This document shows, piece after piece, positions 35,356-48,383 of a stretch of 64,000 nucleotides of DNA. Position 1 is the first letter of the stretch. Every line of letters begins with the position of its first letter. The notes beneath the pieces were generated by a model that saw only the letters and a program-made list of their open reading frames with translations, was not told where the DNA came from and made no database searches. Made by a program: the position numbers and the translations under genes. Source of the stretch: Squalus acanthias (taxonomy: Eukaryota); the NCBI GenBank assembly GCA_030390025.1, contig CM059432.1, positions 84,446,001-84,510,000 of the forward strand, given 5' to 3'.

Positions 35356-36246
35356 GGGGGAAAAATTCAGTTGGTTGCACCTCCCGTTAGCGCCTTAAGA
35401 GGGCGCTAATGGGGCGCAAAGCATCTAGCGCCCAGGCGCGGCGATGTTTGCGCCGCTCGCGAAATTAACTAGACATTTTGCGGCGGCGCTAAACACTACC
35501 GCCACGATCTCCTGCGCCGGCAGATCGTGACGTCAGTCGAGTGCGCAACGCCCTGGTATCGTCCCGGAGCAGATATTGAGTGGCGCCCCCTGCCTTACCG
35601 CCTGACGCTAGCAACGACAGGTTGAGGGGAGCGTTTTGCAGTCATGAAGGGACTGGGGGAGCGCTATTTAAAGACGACTGCTTCCTGCCTTTTATTGTTG
35701 GTGCCATTTTTGAACCATGCATTCTGAGAGAGAGAGAGAGACTTCTGGAGAGATTCAACGCTGTGTGAAGGAGTTTTGGGTACTGAGCAGCACTTTGCAG
35801 GTTCATTTTGATTTGCCCTTCCTTGTATCGATTTAGAAGAGACTGTGGGGGCTGCACTCTAAGCTCTTTCCCTGGTACTCTCCATTGTTCTTTCCAGCAG
35901 ATTTGATGTGCAGGTCTCTCCAGGCCAGGATTCAAGGCTGCAATGAGCAGGATGTGGATGGAAAGCAAGTTCAACCATCCCCTTTAAGAACTGGCCGGTT
36001 CCATTGTGTGTGTGTTCCATTGCTGACTGACATCACATGAGCTTCGCCAGCGCTCTGAGGTAGCGCCTCGCTCCTCGGCCTTTGCGCCTTAAGACAGGTG
36101 TGAAGCGCCTGATTTAGCGCTCCAATCACCTCCAGGGGTGATAAAAGTCAAGTTTGCAGTCGGTGGCGATAATTAGTGCCAGGCGCTAATCTTTGCGCCC
36201 AGCCGATAATTGCACCCCAAATGGGGCGATACTGAATTTCTCCCCC
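35356..36246 (+). mobile_element. 891-bp MITE derivative of the 7308-11459 Harbinger family
   Basis: Same TIRs and subterminal sequence; TSD TAA; nested in an older Myb-like remnant (RFSDAAVEMLIE on the minus strand at ~36290-36320). Confidence 0.93.
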
Positions 36247-36677
36247 TAAGTCCCCAAAGTCTTTTTGATGGTTATGTATTCTATTAGCATCTCTACTGCT
36301 GCATCGGAGAACCTTGTTGTGATACTGCTGGAACTTGTTTTTGCTGCTGCACAATCTGGCTGATCTCTGTCCACCACAAGAAAATGCACCACTCCTTTAA
36401 GCTGAATTTGGGAGCGGAGACTTAAAACAGGCATTAGGCTCCTGATTAGAAGTTTCAAAGGGCATAACACATGTTTCAGATGTGCGCCCTGGACACTTGG
36501 AAGGTACCACTGACCAAAATTCATCCTTCACACACTCATTTAGCGGCCAGAAATTGGGTGTGACGCCAACCAACTTCTTCCCTTTTTTCAGCAAAGTATA
36601 TGTAATTCCTTTAGAGGTGAGGACTGACTGAATTCAGAATGAAATAAGACATTTTAAGTGACACCTTGAAGAGGTTG

Positions 36678-38752
36678 TTAGAAACATAGAAACATAGAAG
36701 ATAGGAGCAGGAGTAGGCCATTTGGCCCCTCGAGCCTGCTCCGCCATTCAATGAGATAATGGATGATCATCCAAATTTAGTACCCTGTCCCTGCCTTTTC
36801 CCCATATCCCTTGATCCCTTTAGCCTTAAGAAATATATCTAACTCCTTCTTGAATATATTTAATGAATTGGCCTCCACTGCCTTCTGTGGTAGAGAATTC
36901 CACAGGTTCACCACTCTCTGGGTGAAGAAATTCCTCCTCATCTCTGTCCTAAATGGCTTAACCCTTATCTTTAGACTGTGACCCCTGGTTCTGGACTCCC
37001 CGACCATCGGGAACATCCTTCCTGCATTTAGTCTGTCCAGTCCTGTTAGAATTTTATAAGTTTCAATGAGATCTCCTCTCATTCTTCTAAACTCCAGCGA
37101 GTATAAGCCCAATCGACCCAATCTCTCTTCATACGTCATTCCTGCCATCCCAGGTATCAGCCTTGTGAATCTTCGCTGCACTCCCTCCATGGCAAGAACA
37201 TCCTTCCTCAGATAAGGCGACCAAAACTGCACACAATACTCAAGATGTGGTCTCACCAAGGCCCTGTACAACTGCAGCAAGACATCCTTGCTCCTGTATT
37301 CGAACCCTCTCGCTACGAAGGCCAACATACCATTTGCCTTCTTAACCGCCTGCTGCACCTGCATGCTTACCTTCAGCGACTGGTGCACAAGGACACCCAG
37401 GTCTCGTTGCACTTCCCCTGCTCCCAATCTATTGCCATTCAGATAATAATCTGCCTTCCCGTTTTTGACACCAAAGTGGATAACCTCGCATTTATCCACA
37501 TTATAATGCATCTGCCGTGATTCTGCCCAATCACCCAACCTGTCCAAATCATACTGGAGTTTTTCGGCATCCTCCTCACAGCACACACACCCACCCAGCT
37601 TTGTGTCATCTGCAAACTTGGAGATATTACATCTAGTTCCCTCGTCTAGATCATTAATATATATTGTGAATAGCTGGGGTCCTAGGACCGATCCCTGCGG
37701 TAACCCACTAGTCACTGCCTGCCACTTGGAAAAAGACCCGTTTATTCCAACTCTTTGCCTTCTGTCTGCCAACCAGTTCTCTATCCAAGTCAATACCTTG
37801 CCCCCAATCCCATGTGCCTTAACTTTACACGCTAATCTCTTATGCGGGACCTTATCGAAAGCCTTCTGAAAGTCCAAATACACCACATCCACTGGTTCTC
37901 CCTTATCTATTTTACCAGTTACATCTTCAAAAAAATTCCAGTAGATTAGTCAAGCATGATTTACCTTTTGTAAATCCATGTTGACTTTGTCCGATCCTGT
38001 CACTGTTTTCCAAGTGCTCTGCTATTACATCTTTTATAATGGACTCCAGCATTTTCCCCACTACCGATGACTATAATTCCCCGTTTTCTCTCTACCACCT
38101 TTTTTGAATAGTGGGGTAACATTAGCTACCCTCCAATCCATGGGTACTGTTCCAGAGTCTATCGAATGTTGGTAGATGACCAGCAATGCATCTATTATTT
38201 CTAGGGCCACTTTCTTAAGTACCCTAGGATGTAGATTATCAGGCCCTGGGGATTTATCGGCCTTCAATCCCGTCAATTTCGCTAACACCATTTCCCTACA
38301 AATACTGATTTCTTTCAGTTCCTCCCTCTCATTAGACCCTATGTTCCCCGACATCTCTGGGAGGTTATTTATGTCCTCCTTTGTGAAGACAGAACCAAAG
38401 TATATATTTAATTGGTCTACCATTTCTTTGTTCCCCATTATAAATTCCCCTGATTCTGACTGCAAGGGACCTACGTTTGACTTCACCAATCTTTTTCTCT
38501 TCACATATCTATAAAAGCTTTTACAGTCAGTTTTTATGTTCCCTGCAAGTTTACTCTCATACTCTATTTCCCCCTCTTAATTAATCCCTTTGTCCTCCTT
38601 TGCTGAATCCTATACTGCTCCCAATCCTCAGGTTTACTGCTTTTTCTGGCCAATTTATATGTCCTCTCCTTGGATCTTATGCTATTCCTAATTTCCCTTG
38701 TTAGCCACGGTTGAGTCACCTTTCTTGTTTTATTTTTATGCCAAACTGGGAT
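36678..38752 (-). mobile_element. CR1 LINE 3' 2 kb, relatively young
   Basis: (agaaacat)n tail; ORF2 fragments 38061-38504 and 36777-37892. Confidence 0.93.
36777..37892 (-). pseudogene. CR1 ORF2 reverse transcriptase C-terminal fragment (371 aa open)
   Basis: [30 protein letters not shown]; frameshifted upstream. Confidence 0.9.
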
Positions 38753-39499
38753 GAATCAAAAGGTATATTGCAGCATCTGTAATCTCAAATGAGGGTAAAA
38801 ACCTTGATCCAGGTAACACACTGGTAAAAAATAAAACAAGTTGAATATAAAGTGGAAAAAACAGGACGAGATTAAAAGGGTGTCGCTAAAATAGTTCATG
38901 TTTAAAATGGATGTGAGATCTGTATGCAATCTGCCATCCATTTTGAACACTAAACTGGCAGATTTCAAAACTCTGAAGCAATCTGAAGTCACCTGATACC
39001 AACTGAATGACAATTTTAATCAGTTCAATATAAGCATTTTATAGAAATAGGATTTTGTTAAATTTTACATTTGTAGTTTATTTTCAGTTTAAGCCTTGCA
39101 AGAAGAAACAAATAACCAGTAGTAAATTTGATGAGCGGAAGGACAAGCCAGCGACAAGAGGGTGTCATTTTTTTTGTTACTTTTATGAAACATCAGGAAA
39201 ATGGATGTCAGATGAAATAAAATTGGCACACAGTCTGGCATTTCTTTTGAATAGTAAGTGAACATTTTTTGAACATTAAATCCAGAGTGCAGCAATAACA
39301 GAAACTTACATTCCAATATCAGAGCAATACCACTGCCATACAAAGACAAAAAATGCAAGGATCATTGAGGGTTACAAATAAGTATCTGTAATTTCAGTGA
39401 TGGCAACTTGCAGTGAGAATAGAATACTCTGTTGGAGTTTGTAAACCCTTTGAGGATGAGGCCTCCATTAAATTCCAAACACAAAATCAACTAAATTGG

Positions 39500-41132
39500 A
39501 AATAAACACAGAAAATGCTGGAAATACTCAGCAGGTCAGGCAGTACCTGTAGAGAGAGAAACAGAGTGAACGTTTCAGGTTGATAACCCTTCGTCAGAGC
39601 TGGAAAAAGCTGGAGATGTAACAGATTTTAAGCAAGTGTAGGGGCAGGAAAGGGGGGAGGGGAGGAAAGAACAAAAGGGAAGGTCTGTGGTAGGATGGAA
39701 GGTAGGAGAGATTAAGAGACATTAAGAGAGAATAAGAGATGGTGCAAGGCAAAAGGAGATGGTAATGGGACAAGTTAAGAAACAAAAGATGGCTCTAGAT
39801 GAAGTGTAAATGGCACTGGCAGAATGAAAGACAGCTGCCATGTGGGAGAGAGAAAAAAATAAATGGAAAAAAAAAGGATAGGGGCAGAGGTTATGGTCTG
39901 AAATTGTTGAACTCTATGTTGAGTCCAGAAGGATGTAAAGTGCCTAATCGAAAGATGAGATGCTGTTCCTCGAGCTTACGTTGAGCTTCATTGGAACAGT
40001 GTAAGAGGCCGAGGATGGTGAGGTCTGAGTGGGAGTGGAGCGGAGAATTAAAGTGACAGGCGACCGGAAGCTCGGGGTCACCCTTACGGACTGAATGGAG
40101 GTGTTCCACAAAGCGGTCACCCAATCTGCGTTTGGTCTCCCCAATGTAGAGGAGACCGCATCGTGAGCAGCGAATACAGTATACTAAATTGCAAGAAGTA
40201 CAAGTAAATCGCTGTTTCACCTGGAAGGAGTGTTTGGGGCCCTGGACAGTGGGATGGGTGGAGGTAAAAGGGCATGTGTTCCATCTCCTGCGCTTGCACG
40301 GGAAGGTGCCGGGCGAAGGGGAAGGGGTGTTGGGGGTGATAGAGGAGTGGACCAGGGTGTTGCGGAGGGAGCGGTCCCTTCAGAATGCTGAAAGGGGAGG
40401 TGAGGGGAAGATGTGTTTGGTGGTGGGATCACGCTGGAGGTGGCAGAAATGGCAGAGGATGATCCGTTGAATGTGGAGGCTGGTCGGGTGAAAGGTGAGG
40501 ACAAGGGGATCCCTATCGTGGTTCCGGGAGGGAGGAGCAGGGGTGAGAGCAGAAGTGCGGGAAATAGAACAGACACGGTCAAGGGCCATGTCAACCACAG
40601 TAGAGGGGAATCCTCGGTTGAGGAAAAAGGAAGACATGCCGGAAGCACTGGTATGGAAGGTGGCATCGTCAGAGCAGATGCGACGGAGATGAAGAAACTG
40701 GGAGAATGGAATAGAGTCCTTACAGGAAGCGGGGTAGGAGGAAGTGTAGTCCAGGTAGCTGTGGGAGTCAGTGGGCTTGTAGTGAATGTTAGTCAATAGC
40801 CTATCCCCAGAGATGGAGACAGAGAAGTCGAGGAAGGGAAGGGAAGAGTCGGAGATGGACCATGTGAAGGTGAGGGAAGGGTGGAAATTAGAAGCAAAGT
40901 GAATGAAATTTTCTAGTTCAGGTTCTTTCCTCCCCTCCCCCCTTTCCCTGCCCCTACACTTGCTTAAAATCTGTTACATCTCCAGCTTTTTCCAGTTCTG
41001 ACAAAGGGTCATCGACCTGAAACGTTAACTCTGTTTCTCTCTCCACAGGTGCTGCCTGACCTGCTGAGTATTTCCAGCATTTTCTGTTTTTATTTCAGAT
41101 TTCCAGCATCAGCAGTATTTTGCTTTTGTATT
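39500..41132 (-). mobile_element. Penelope-like element (second family), 5'-truncated, bounded by inverted pLTRs
   Basis: HYKPTDSHSYL, LVYCIRCSRCGLLYIGET; pLTR ~39500-39672 (-) mirrored by 40921-41132 (+); 11-bp TSD aactaaattgg (39489-39499, 41133-41143). Confidence 0.9.
39566..39600 (-). ncRNA. Minimal hammerhead ribozyme motif in pLTR
   Basis: Minus strand gct-CTGACGA-agggttatcaacct-GAAA-CGTT-cac; stem I imperfect. The mirror copy at 40995-41029 has the core mutated to CTGACAA. Confidence 0.65.
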
Positions 41133-41777
41133 AACTAAATTGGGTTAGTTCAGGTTAATTCCCCAAATATCTGAAATGGCATACTCAATATTCTTTGAGG
41201 TAAAAATTGGTTATGGCCCATCTTTCTCGCATAACTGACAGCATGCGCAAAGCACACCTCAACTGGGAGGCCCAATGGTCACCTGAAATTGGTCCTTGCC
41301 TCATTTCAACAAATTGGGTGAGCTGCCAGTGCCTGCCGCACCTCCAGAAGGAGCTCCTCCCATTGTCAGCATTCCAAGTCCGGGGGATGGCTAACAGGAG
41401 GGGTGTGCGATCGTGGCTCAGCAGCCTGCTCCTCCTGGCTCCACAGGAATGTTTTATGGCCGTAATATGGGTGCAACAGGATTCCTTTGAATTGGCACCT
41501 ATCTTCCAAAAAAATTCCCTGTACAAAGACTCAAAATGCTGCCACTCTCCCACTCCTCTTTGTCAAGGCAGTGGCCAAGGTGAACCGGTGCCATCTGTTG
41601 GTAGAGCCGCAGACACAAAACCTAAGGATCTGAAATTATATATTGGATAAAACATCAAAAATTCATCTCTGCTCTTTAAGTAAAGACCCTCATCCATTTA
41701 AATTAACGGAGAGAAAAATTTGGATGCACTACAGCATAATTTCAAGGCGGAAGTGTTTTATTTTTAAAATACAACAA

Positions 41778-42275
41778 AACATTAAGAACATAAAAAATAG
41801 GAGCAGGAGTAGGCCATACAGCCCCCCGAGCCTGCTCCGCCATTCAATAAGATCATGGATGATCTTCGAACTCAACTCCACTTTCCCGCCCGATTCCCAT
41901 ATCCTTTGATTCCCCTAGAGTCCAAAAATCTATCGATCTCAGCCTTGAATATACTCAACGACTGAGCATCCACAGCCCTCTGGGGTAGAGAATTCCAAAG
42001 ATTCACAACCCTCTGAGTGATGAAATTCCTCCTCATCTCAGTCTTAAATGGCTGACCCCTTATCCTGAGACTATGCACCCTAGTTCTAGACACTCCAGCT
42101 AGGGGAACGAATCTGTCACCATCTACCCTGTCAAGCCAGCTCAGAATCTTATAAGTTTCAATCAGATCACCTCTCATTCTTCTAAACTCCACAGAGTATA
42201 GGCCATTCTACTCCATCTCCCATCATAGGACAACCCTCTCATCCCAGGAATCAATCTATTGAACCTTCTTTGCAG
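41778..42275 (-). mobile_element. CR1 LINE 3' fragment
   Basis: EFRRMRGDLIETYKIL...LWNSLP; CR1 hairpin tail. Confidence 0.9.
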
Positions 42276-45073
42276 CTGTGAGGAGGGATGATATGTTCGA
42301 AGGATCATCAAATGAGGCCATATGGGTTGAACTGAAGAACAAAAAAGGGGCAATCACACTGCTGGGAGTGTACTATAGACCCCCAAATAGTCAGAGCAAG
42401 ATAGAAGAGCTAATATCTAGGCAAATTTCTGAGAAGTGCAAAAACAATAGGGTAGTAATAGTAGGGGATTTCAACTACCCTAATATTAACTGGGATAGAA
42501 TCAGTGTAAAAGGTATAGAGGGTACAGATTTCTTAAAATGCATTCAGGAGAACTTTTTAGCCAGTACGTAGCAAGCCCAACAAGAGAGGGGTGGTTCTGG
42601 ACTTAGCTTTAGGGAATGAAGCTGGGCAGGTGGAAGGGGTATCTGTGGGAGAGCATTTTGGTGGTAGTGATCATAATTCAGTTAGATTTAGCACAGTTAT
42701 GGAAAAGGACAAAGGTAGACAAGGTGGAAAGGTTCTCAATTGGGGAAAGCCCAATTTTACTAAGCTGAGATGTGATTTAGCAAAAGTGGACTGGAAACAG
42801 CTACTTGAAGGTAAATCAGTGTCAGAGGCATTCAAGGAGGAGATAGTGAGAGAAAATGCTAGAAATACTCAGCAGGCCAGGCAGCATCTGTGGAGATAGA
42901 AACAGAGCTAACGTTTCAGGTCGATGAGTATTTCCAGCATTTTCTCTTTTTATTTCAGATTTCCAGCATCCGCAGTGTTATGCTTTTGTAGAAGATATTG
43001 AGAATTCAGAGCAAATATGTTCCCACAAAGAAACAGGGTGGGACTCCCAAATCTAGAGCCCCCTGGATGTCAAAGGGCATACAGGGTAGGATAAGGTAAT
43101 AAAGGGAAGCTTATGTCAGATACTGAGAGCTAAATACTGCAGAAAGCCTAGAGGAGTATAGAAAGTGCAGGGGTGAAATTAAAAAGGAAATTAGGAAAGC
43201 AAAGAAAGGGCTTGAAAAAATATTGGCAAGTAAAATCAAGGAAAACCCATGGATGTTTTATAAATACATAAAGAGCAAGAAGATAACTAAAGAAAGAGTA
43301 AGGCCTATTCGAGACCAAAAAAGTAACCTGTGTCTGGAGGCGGATGATATGGGTATGGTTCTTAATGAATACTTTGGGTCTGTCTTCACAGAAGAGAGGG
43401 ACGATGCAGACATTGCAGTTAAGGAGGAGGAGTGTAAAATATTAGATGAGATAAACATAGTGAGAGAGGAAATATTAAAGGTTTAGTATCTTTGAAGGTA
43501 GATAAGTCGCCCAGCCCAGATAAAATGTATCCCAGGCTGTTAAGAGAAGCAAGAAAGTAAATAGCGGAGGCTCTGACCATCATTTTCCAATCCTCTCTGG
43601 CTACAGGTGTGGTGCCCATGTACAGGAGGACTGCTAAGTTTGTACCGTTGTTTAAAAAGGGAGAAAGGTATAGACTGAGTCATTACAGGCCAGTCAGCCT
43701 AACCTCGGTGGTGGGCAAATTATAAGAAAACATTCTGAGGGACAGTATTAATCAGCATTTAGAAAAGCACGGATTATTCAAGGACAGTCAACATGGATTT
43801 GTTAAGGGAAGGTCGTGTCTGACTAACTTGATTGAAATTTTTTGAGGAGGTAACAAGGAGGGTTGATAAGGGTAGCACATTTGATATAGTCTACATGGAT
43901 TTTAGCAAGGCTTTTGATAAGGTCCCACATGGCAGACTGGTCAGAAAAGTAAAAGTCCATGGGATCCAAGAGAAAATGGCAAGTTGGATCCAAAATTGGC
44001 TCAGTGGCAGGAAGCAAAGGGTAATGGTTGACGGCCGTTTTTGTGACTGGAAGGCTATTTCCAGTGGGGTTCCGCAGGGCTCAATACTAGGTCCCTTGCT
44101 TTTTGTGGTATTTATCAATGATTTAGACTTCAATGTAGGGGACATGATTAAGAAGTTTGCAGATGATACAAAAATTGGTTGTGTGGTTGATAGTGAGGAA
44201 GAAAGCTGTAGGCTGCAGGAAGACGTCAATGGACTAGTCAAGTGGGCAGAAAAGTGGCAAATGGTATTCAATCCGGAGAAGTGTGAGGTAATGCATTTGG
44301 AGAGGGCTAACAAGGCATGGGAATATACAATAAATGGTAGGAGACTGAGAAGTGTAGAGGAACAGAGGGACCTTGGTGTGCATGTCCACAGATCCCCAAA
44401 GGTACTAGGACAGGGATATAAGTTGGTTAAGAAGGCATACGGGTTACTTTCTGTTATTAGCCGAGGCATAGAATATAAGTGCAGTGAGCTTATGCTTGAA
44501 CTGTTTAAAACACTAGTTATGCCACAGCTAGAGTACTGTGTACAGTTCTGGTCACCACATTACAGGAAAGATGTGATTGCACTAGAGAGGGTACAGAGGA
44601 GATTTACGAGGATGTTGCCAGGACTGGAGAATTTTAGCTATGAGGAAAGATTGGATAAGCTGGGTTATTTTCATTGGAACAGAGGATGCTGAGGGGAGAT
44701 TTAATTGAGGTGTATAAAATTATGAGGGGCCTAGATAGAGTGAATAGTAAGGCCTTATTTCCCCTAGCAGAGAGGTCAACAACCGGGGGCATAGATTTAA
44801 AGTAATTGGTCGAAGGATTAGAAGGGAGTTGAGGAGAACTTTTGTCACCCAGAGGGTGGTGGGGGTCTGGAACTCACTGCCTGAAAGGGTGGTAGAGGCA
44901 GAAATCCTCACTGCATTTAAAAAGTACTTGGATATGCATTTGAACTGCCATAACCTACAGAGCTACAGAGCAAGAGCTGGAAAGTGGAATTAGGCTGGAT
45001 AGCTCTTTTCCGGCTGGCACAGACACGATGGGCTGAATGCCTCCTTCTGGGCTGTAAATTTCTATGACTCTAT
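42276..45073 (+). mobile_element. CR1 LINE ORF2 (endonuclease to 3' tail), degenerate; tail resumes at 46259-46270
   Basis: GVYYRPPN, IVGDFNYP, YMDFSKAFDKV, FADDTK; (ttctatga)n tail. Confidence 0.92.
42851..42990. mobile_element. Inverted pair of short Penelope pLTR fragments inside CR1
   Basis: Minus-orientation pLTR to ~42926 fused to a plus-orientation pLTR end; degenerate flanking repeat agatagtgaga / agatattgaga. Confidence 0.75.
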
Positions 45074-46258
45074 GGGGTAAAAATTCAGTTGGTTGCGCCT
45101 CCCGTTAGCGCCTTAAGAGGGCGCTAATGGGGCGCAAAGCCGCTAATGCCCGGGCGCAGCGATGTTTGCGCCGCTCGGGAACTTAACTTGACATTGTGCG
45201 GCGGTGCTTAAACTTACCGCTGCGACCACCTGCGCGCGCAGATTGTGACGTCATTCCATGGTGCAACGCCCTTGTGGCGCCCCGGAGCGGAAATTGAGTG
45301 GCGCCCCCTGCCTTACCGCCTGGCGCATCCAACGACCAGAAGACTGGAACGCTATCAATCGCTGTGGGGCTGGGGGGGGGCGCTATTTAAAGGGGGCCTC
45401 TTCCTGTCTTTTATTGTTGGTGGCATTTTTGAACTACGCATTCTGAGAGAGAGAGGGAGAGACTTCTGGACAGATTCAACGTTGTGTGAAGGAGTTTTGG
45501 GTACTGAGCAGCACTTTGCAGGTTCATTTTGATTTGCCATTCCTTGTATCGATTTAGCAGAGACTGTGGGAGCTGCACTCTGAGCTCTTTGCCTGGTACG
45601 CTCCATTGTTCTTTCCAGCAGATTTGATGTGCAAGTCTCTCCAGGCCGAGATTCAAGGCTGCAATGAACAGGATGTGGATGGAAAGCAAGATTAACCATC
45701 CCCTTTAAGAACTGGCCCGTGCCATTGTGTGTGTGTTCCATTGCTGACTGACATTACATGAGCTTCGCCAGCGCTCTGAGTTAGCGCCTCACTCCTTGGC
45801 CTTTGCGCCTTAAGACAGGTGTGCAGCGCCTGCTTTAGCGCTCCACTCACCTCCCGGGGCGGTAAAAGTGAAGTTTCCAGTCAGTGGCGATAATTAGCGC
45901 CAGGCGCTAATATTTGCGTCCAGACGATATTAGCGCCCCAAATGGGGCGCGACCTAATTTCTACCCAAATTTCTATCCAAAAATGTGTGGGTTAGGTTGA
46001 TTTGGCTATGATAAATTGACCCTTAGTGTTAGGGGGGATTAAATATGTGGGGTTATGGGGATAGGATGGGATATGTTAGGGGGAATTAAAAATGTGGGGT
46101 TACGGGGGTAGGGTGGGATATGTGTACTGTGGGGATTAAAGCAGGGACAGGGTACTGGATTTGGATGATCAGCCATGATCGTATTGAATGGCGGAGCAGG
46201 CTCGACGGGCCGAATGGCCTACTCCTGCTCCTAGATTCTATGTTTCTATGTTTACCCC
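45074..46258 (+). mobile_element. ~0.9-kb MITE derivative of the 7308-11459 family with a SINE in its right TIR
   Basis: ggggtaaaaattcag left end; terminal tttacccc displaced to 46251-46258; TSD TAT. Confidence 0.88.
45977..46250 (+). mobile_element. 5'-truncated HE1/V-SINE-like element
   Basis: ccaaaaatgtgtgggttaggttgatttggctatgataaattgacccttagtgt resembles the V-domain 3' part; CR1-type tail ggccgaatggcctactcctgctcct. Confidence 0.7.
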
Positions 46259-46618
46259 TATGATTCTATGATAAGGAGACCAAAACTGTGCACAGTACTC
46301 CAGGTGTGGTCTCACCAAAGCCCTGTACAATAGTAGCAAGACTTTCTTACTCTTGTACTCCAACCCCTGTTCAATAAAGGCCAACATGCCTTCCTAATTG
46401 CTTGCTGTACCTGAATGCTGAATTTCTGTGTTTCTTGTACGAGGACACATAAATCTCCCTGAACACCAACATTTAATAGTCTCCCACCATTTAAAAAATA
46501 TACTGTTTTTCTATTCTTCCTACCAAAGTGAATAACCTCATATTTCCCCACATTATACCCCATCTGCCACCTATTGCCCACTCACTTAACCTGTCTATAT
46601 CCCTTTGCAAGACTCTTT

Positions 46619-47511
46619 AGGGGAGAAATTCAGTATCGCCCCATTTGGGGCGCAATTATCGGCCGGGCGCAAAGATTAGCGCCTGCCGCTAATTATCGCC
46701 ACCGACTGCAAACTTGACTTTTATTGCCCCTGGAGGTGATTGCAGCACTATATCAGGCGCTTCACACCTGTCTTAAGGCGCAAAGGCCGAGGAGCGAGGC
46801 GCTACCTCAGAGCGCTGGCGAAGCTCATGTAATGTCAGTCAACAATGGAACACACACACAATGGCACGGGCCAGTTCTTAAAGGGGATGGTTAATCTTGC
46901 TTTCCGTCCACATCCTGCTCATTACAGCCTTGAATCTCGGCCTGGAGAGACTTGCACATCAAATGTGCTGGAAAGAACAATGGAGAGTACCAGGCAAAGA
47001 GCTCAGAGTGCAGCCCCCACAGTCTCTGCTAAATCGATACAAGGAATGGCAAATCAAAATGAACCTGCAAAGTGCTGCTCAGTACCCAAAACTCCTTCAC
47101 ACAACGTTGAATCTCTCCAGAAGTCTCTCCCTCTCTCTCTCAGAATGCGTAGTTCAAAAATGGCACCAACAATAAAAGGCAGGAAGCGGTCACCTTTAAA
47201 TAGCGCTCCCCCTTTCCCTTCATGACTGCAGAACGCTCCCCTCAACCTGTCGTTGCTAGCGTCAGGCGGTAAGGCAGGGGGCGCCACTCAATATCCGCTC
47301 CGGGGCGATACCAGGGCATTGCGCACTCGAGTGACGTCATGATCTGCTGGCGCAGGAGATCGTGGCGGTAGTGTTTAGCGCCGCCGCAAAATGTCTAGTT
47401 AATTTCGCGAGCGGCGCAAACTTCGCCGCGCCTGGGCGCTAGATGCTTTGCGCCCCATTAGCGCCCTCTTAAGGCGCTAACGGGAGGCGCAACCAACTGA
47501 ATTTTTCCCCC
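46619..47511 (-). mobile_element. 893-bp MITE derivative of the 7308-11459 family
   Basis: Reverse-complement homologue of 35356-36246; TSD TTT. Confidence 0.93.
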
Positions 47512-48383
47512 TTTGTATCTCCTCACAGCTTACTTTCCCACCTAACTTTGTATCATCAGCAAACTTGAATACATTACACTCGGTCCCTTCATCTAAGTCA
47601 TTAATATAGATGGTAAATAGCTGAGGCCCAAACACTGATCCTGGAGGCACCCCACTAGTTACAGCCTGCCAACCTGAAATTGACCCATTTTTCCTTACTC
47701 TCTGTTTTCTGTCCATTAACCAATCCTCTATCCATACTAATATATTACCCCCAACCCCATGAGCTCTTATCTTGTGTAACAAACTTTTATGTGGCATCTT
47801 ATCGAATGCCTTTTGAAAATCCTTGTCAAACACGATTTCCCTTTCATAAAATCATGTTGACTCTGCCTAGTCTTATTATGATTTTCTAAGTGCCCTGTTA
47901 CCACTTCCTTAATAATAGATTCCAGCATTTTCCCGACGACTGATGTCAGCTTAACTGGTCTGTAGTTCCCTGTTTTTTCTCTCGCTCCTTTCTTGAATAG
48001 TGGTGTTACATTTGCTACCTTCCAATCCACTGGGACCGTTCTAGAATCTAGGGAATTTTGGAAGATCACAACCAATACATCCACTATCTCTGCAGCCACC
48101 TCTTTTAGAACCCTCGGATGTAGGCCATCAGGTCCAGGGGATTTGTCTTTTTCTCTACTGATGTTAACTACTTTAAGTTCCTCACTCTCATTAGCTATTG
48201 TGTCTCCACTATTTTTGGTATGCTTTTTGTGTCTTCTGCTATGAAGACAAATACAAAATATTTGTTTAAAGTCTTTGCCATTTCCTTATTCCCCATTATA
48301 ATTTCTCCTGTCTCATCCTCTAGGGAACCAACATTTGCTTTTGCTATTCTCTTCCATTTTACGTACTTGTAGAAGCTCTTACG

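Noticed and set aside
45355..47225. Repeated ~127-aa ORFs (MEHTHNGTGQ...) as a new small gene family
   Set aside because: They span MITE promoter and junction sequence, and the frame is not kept in the copy at 35356-36246.
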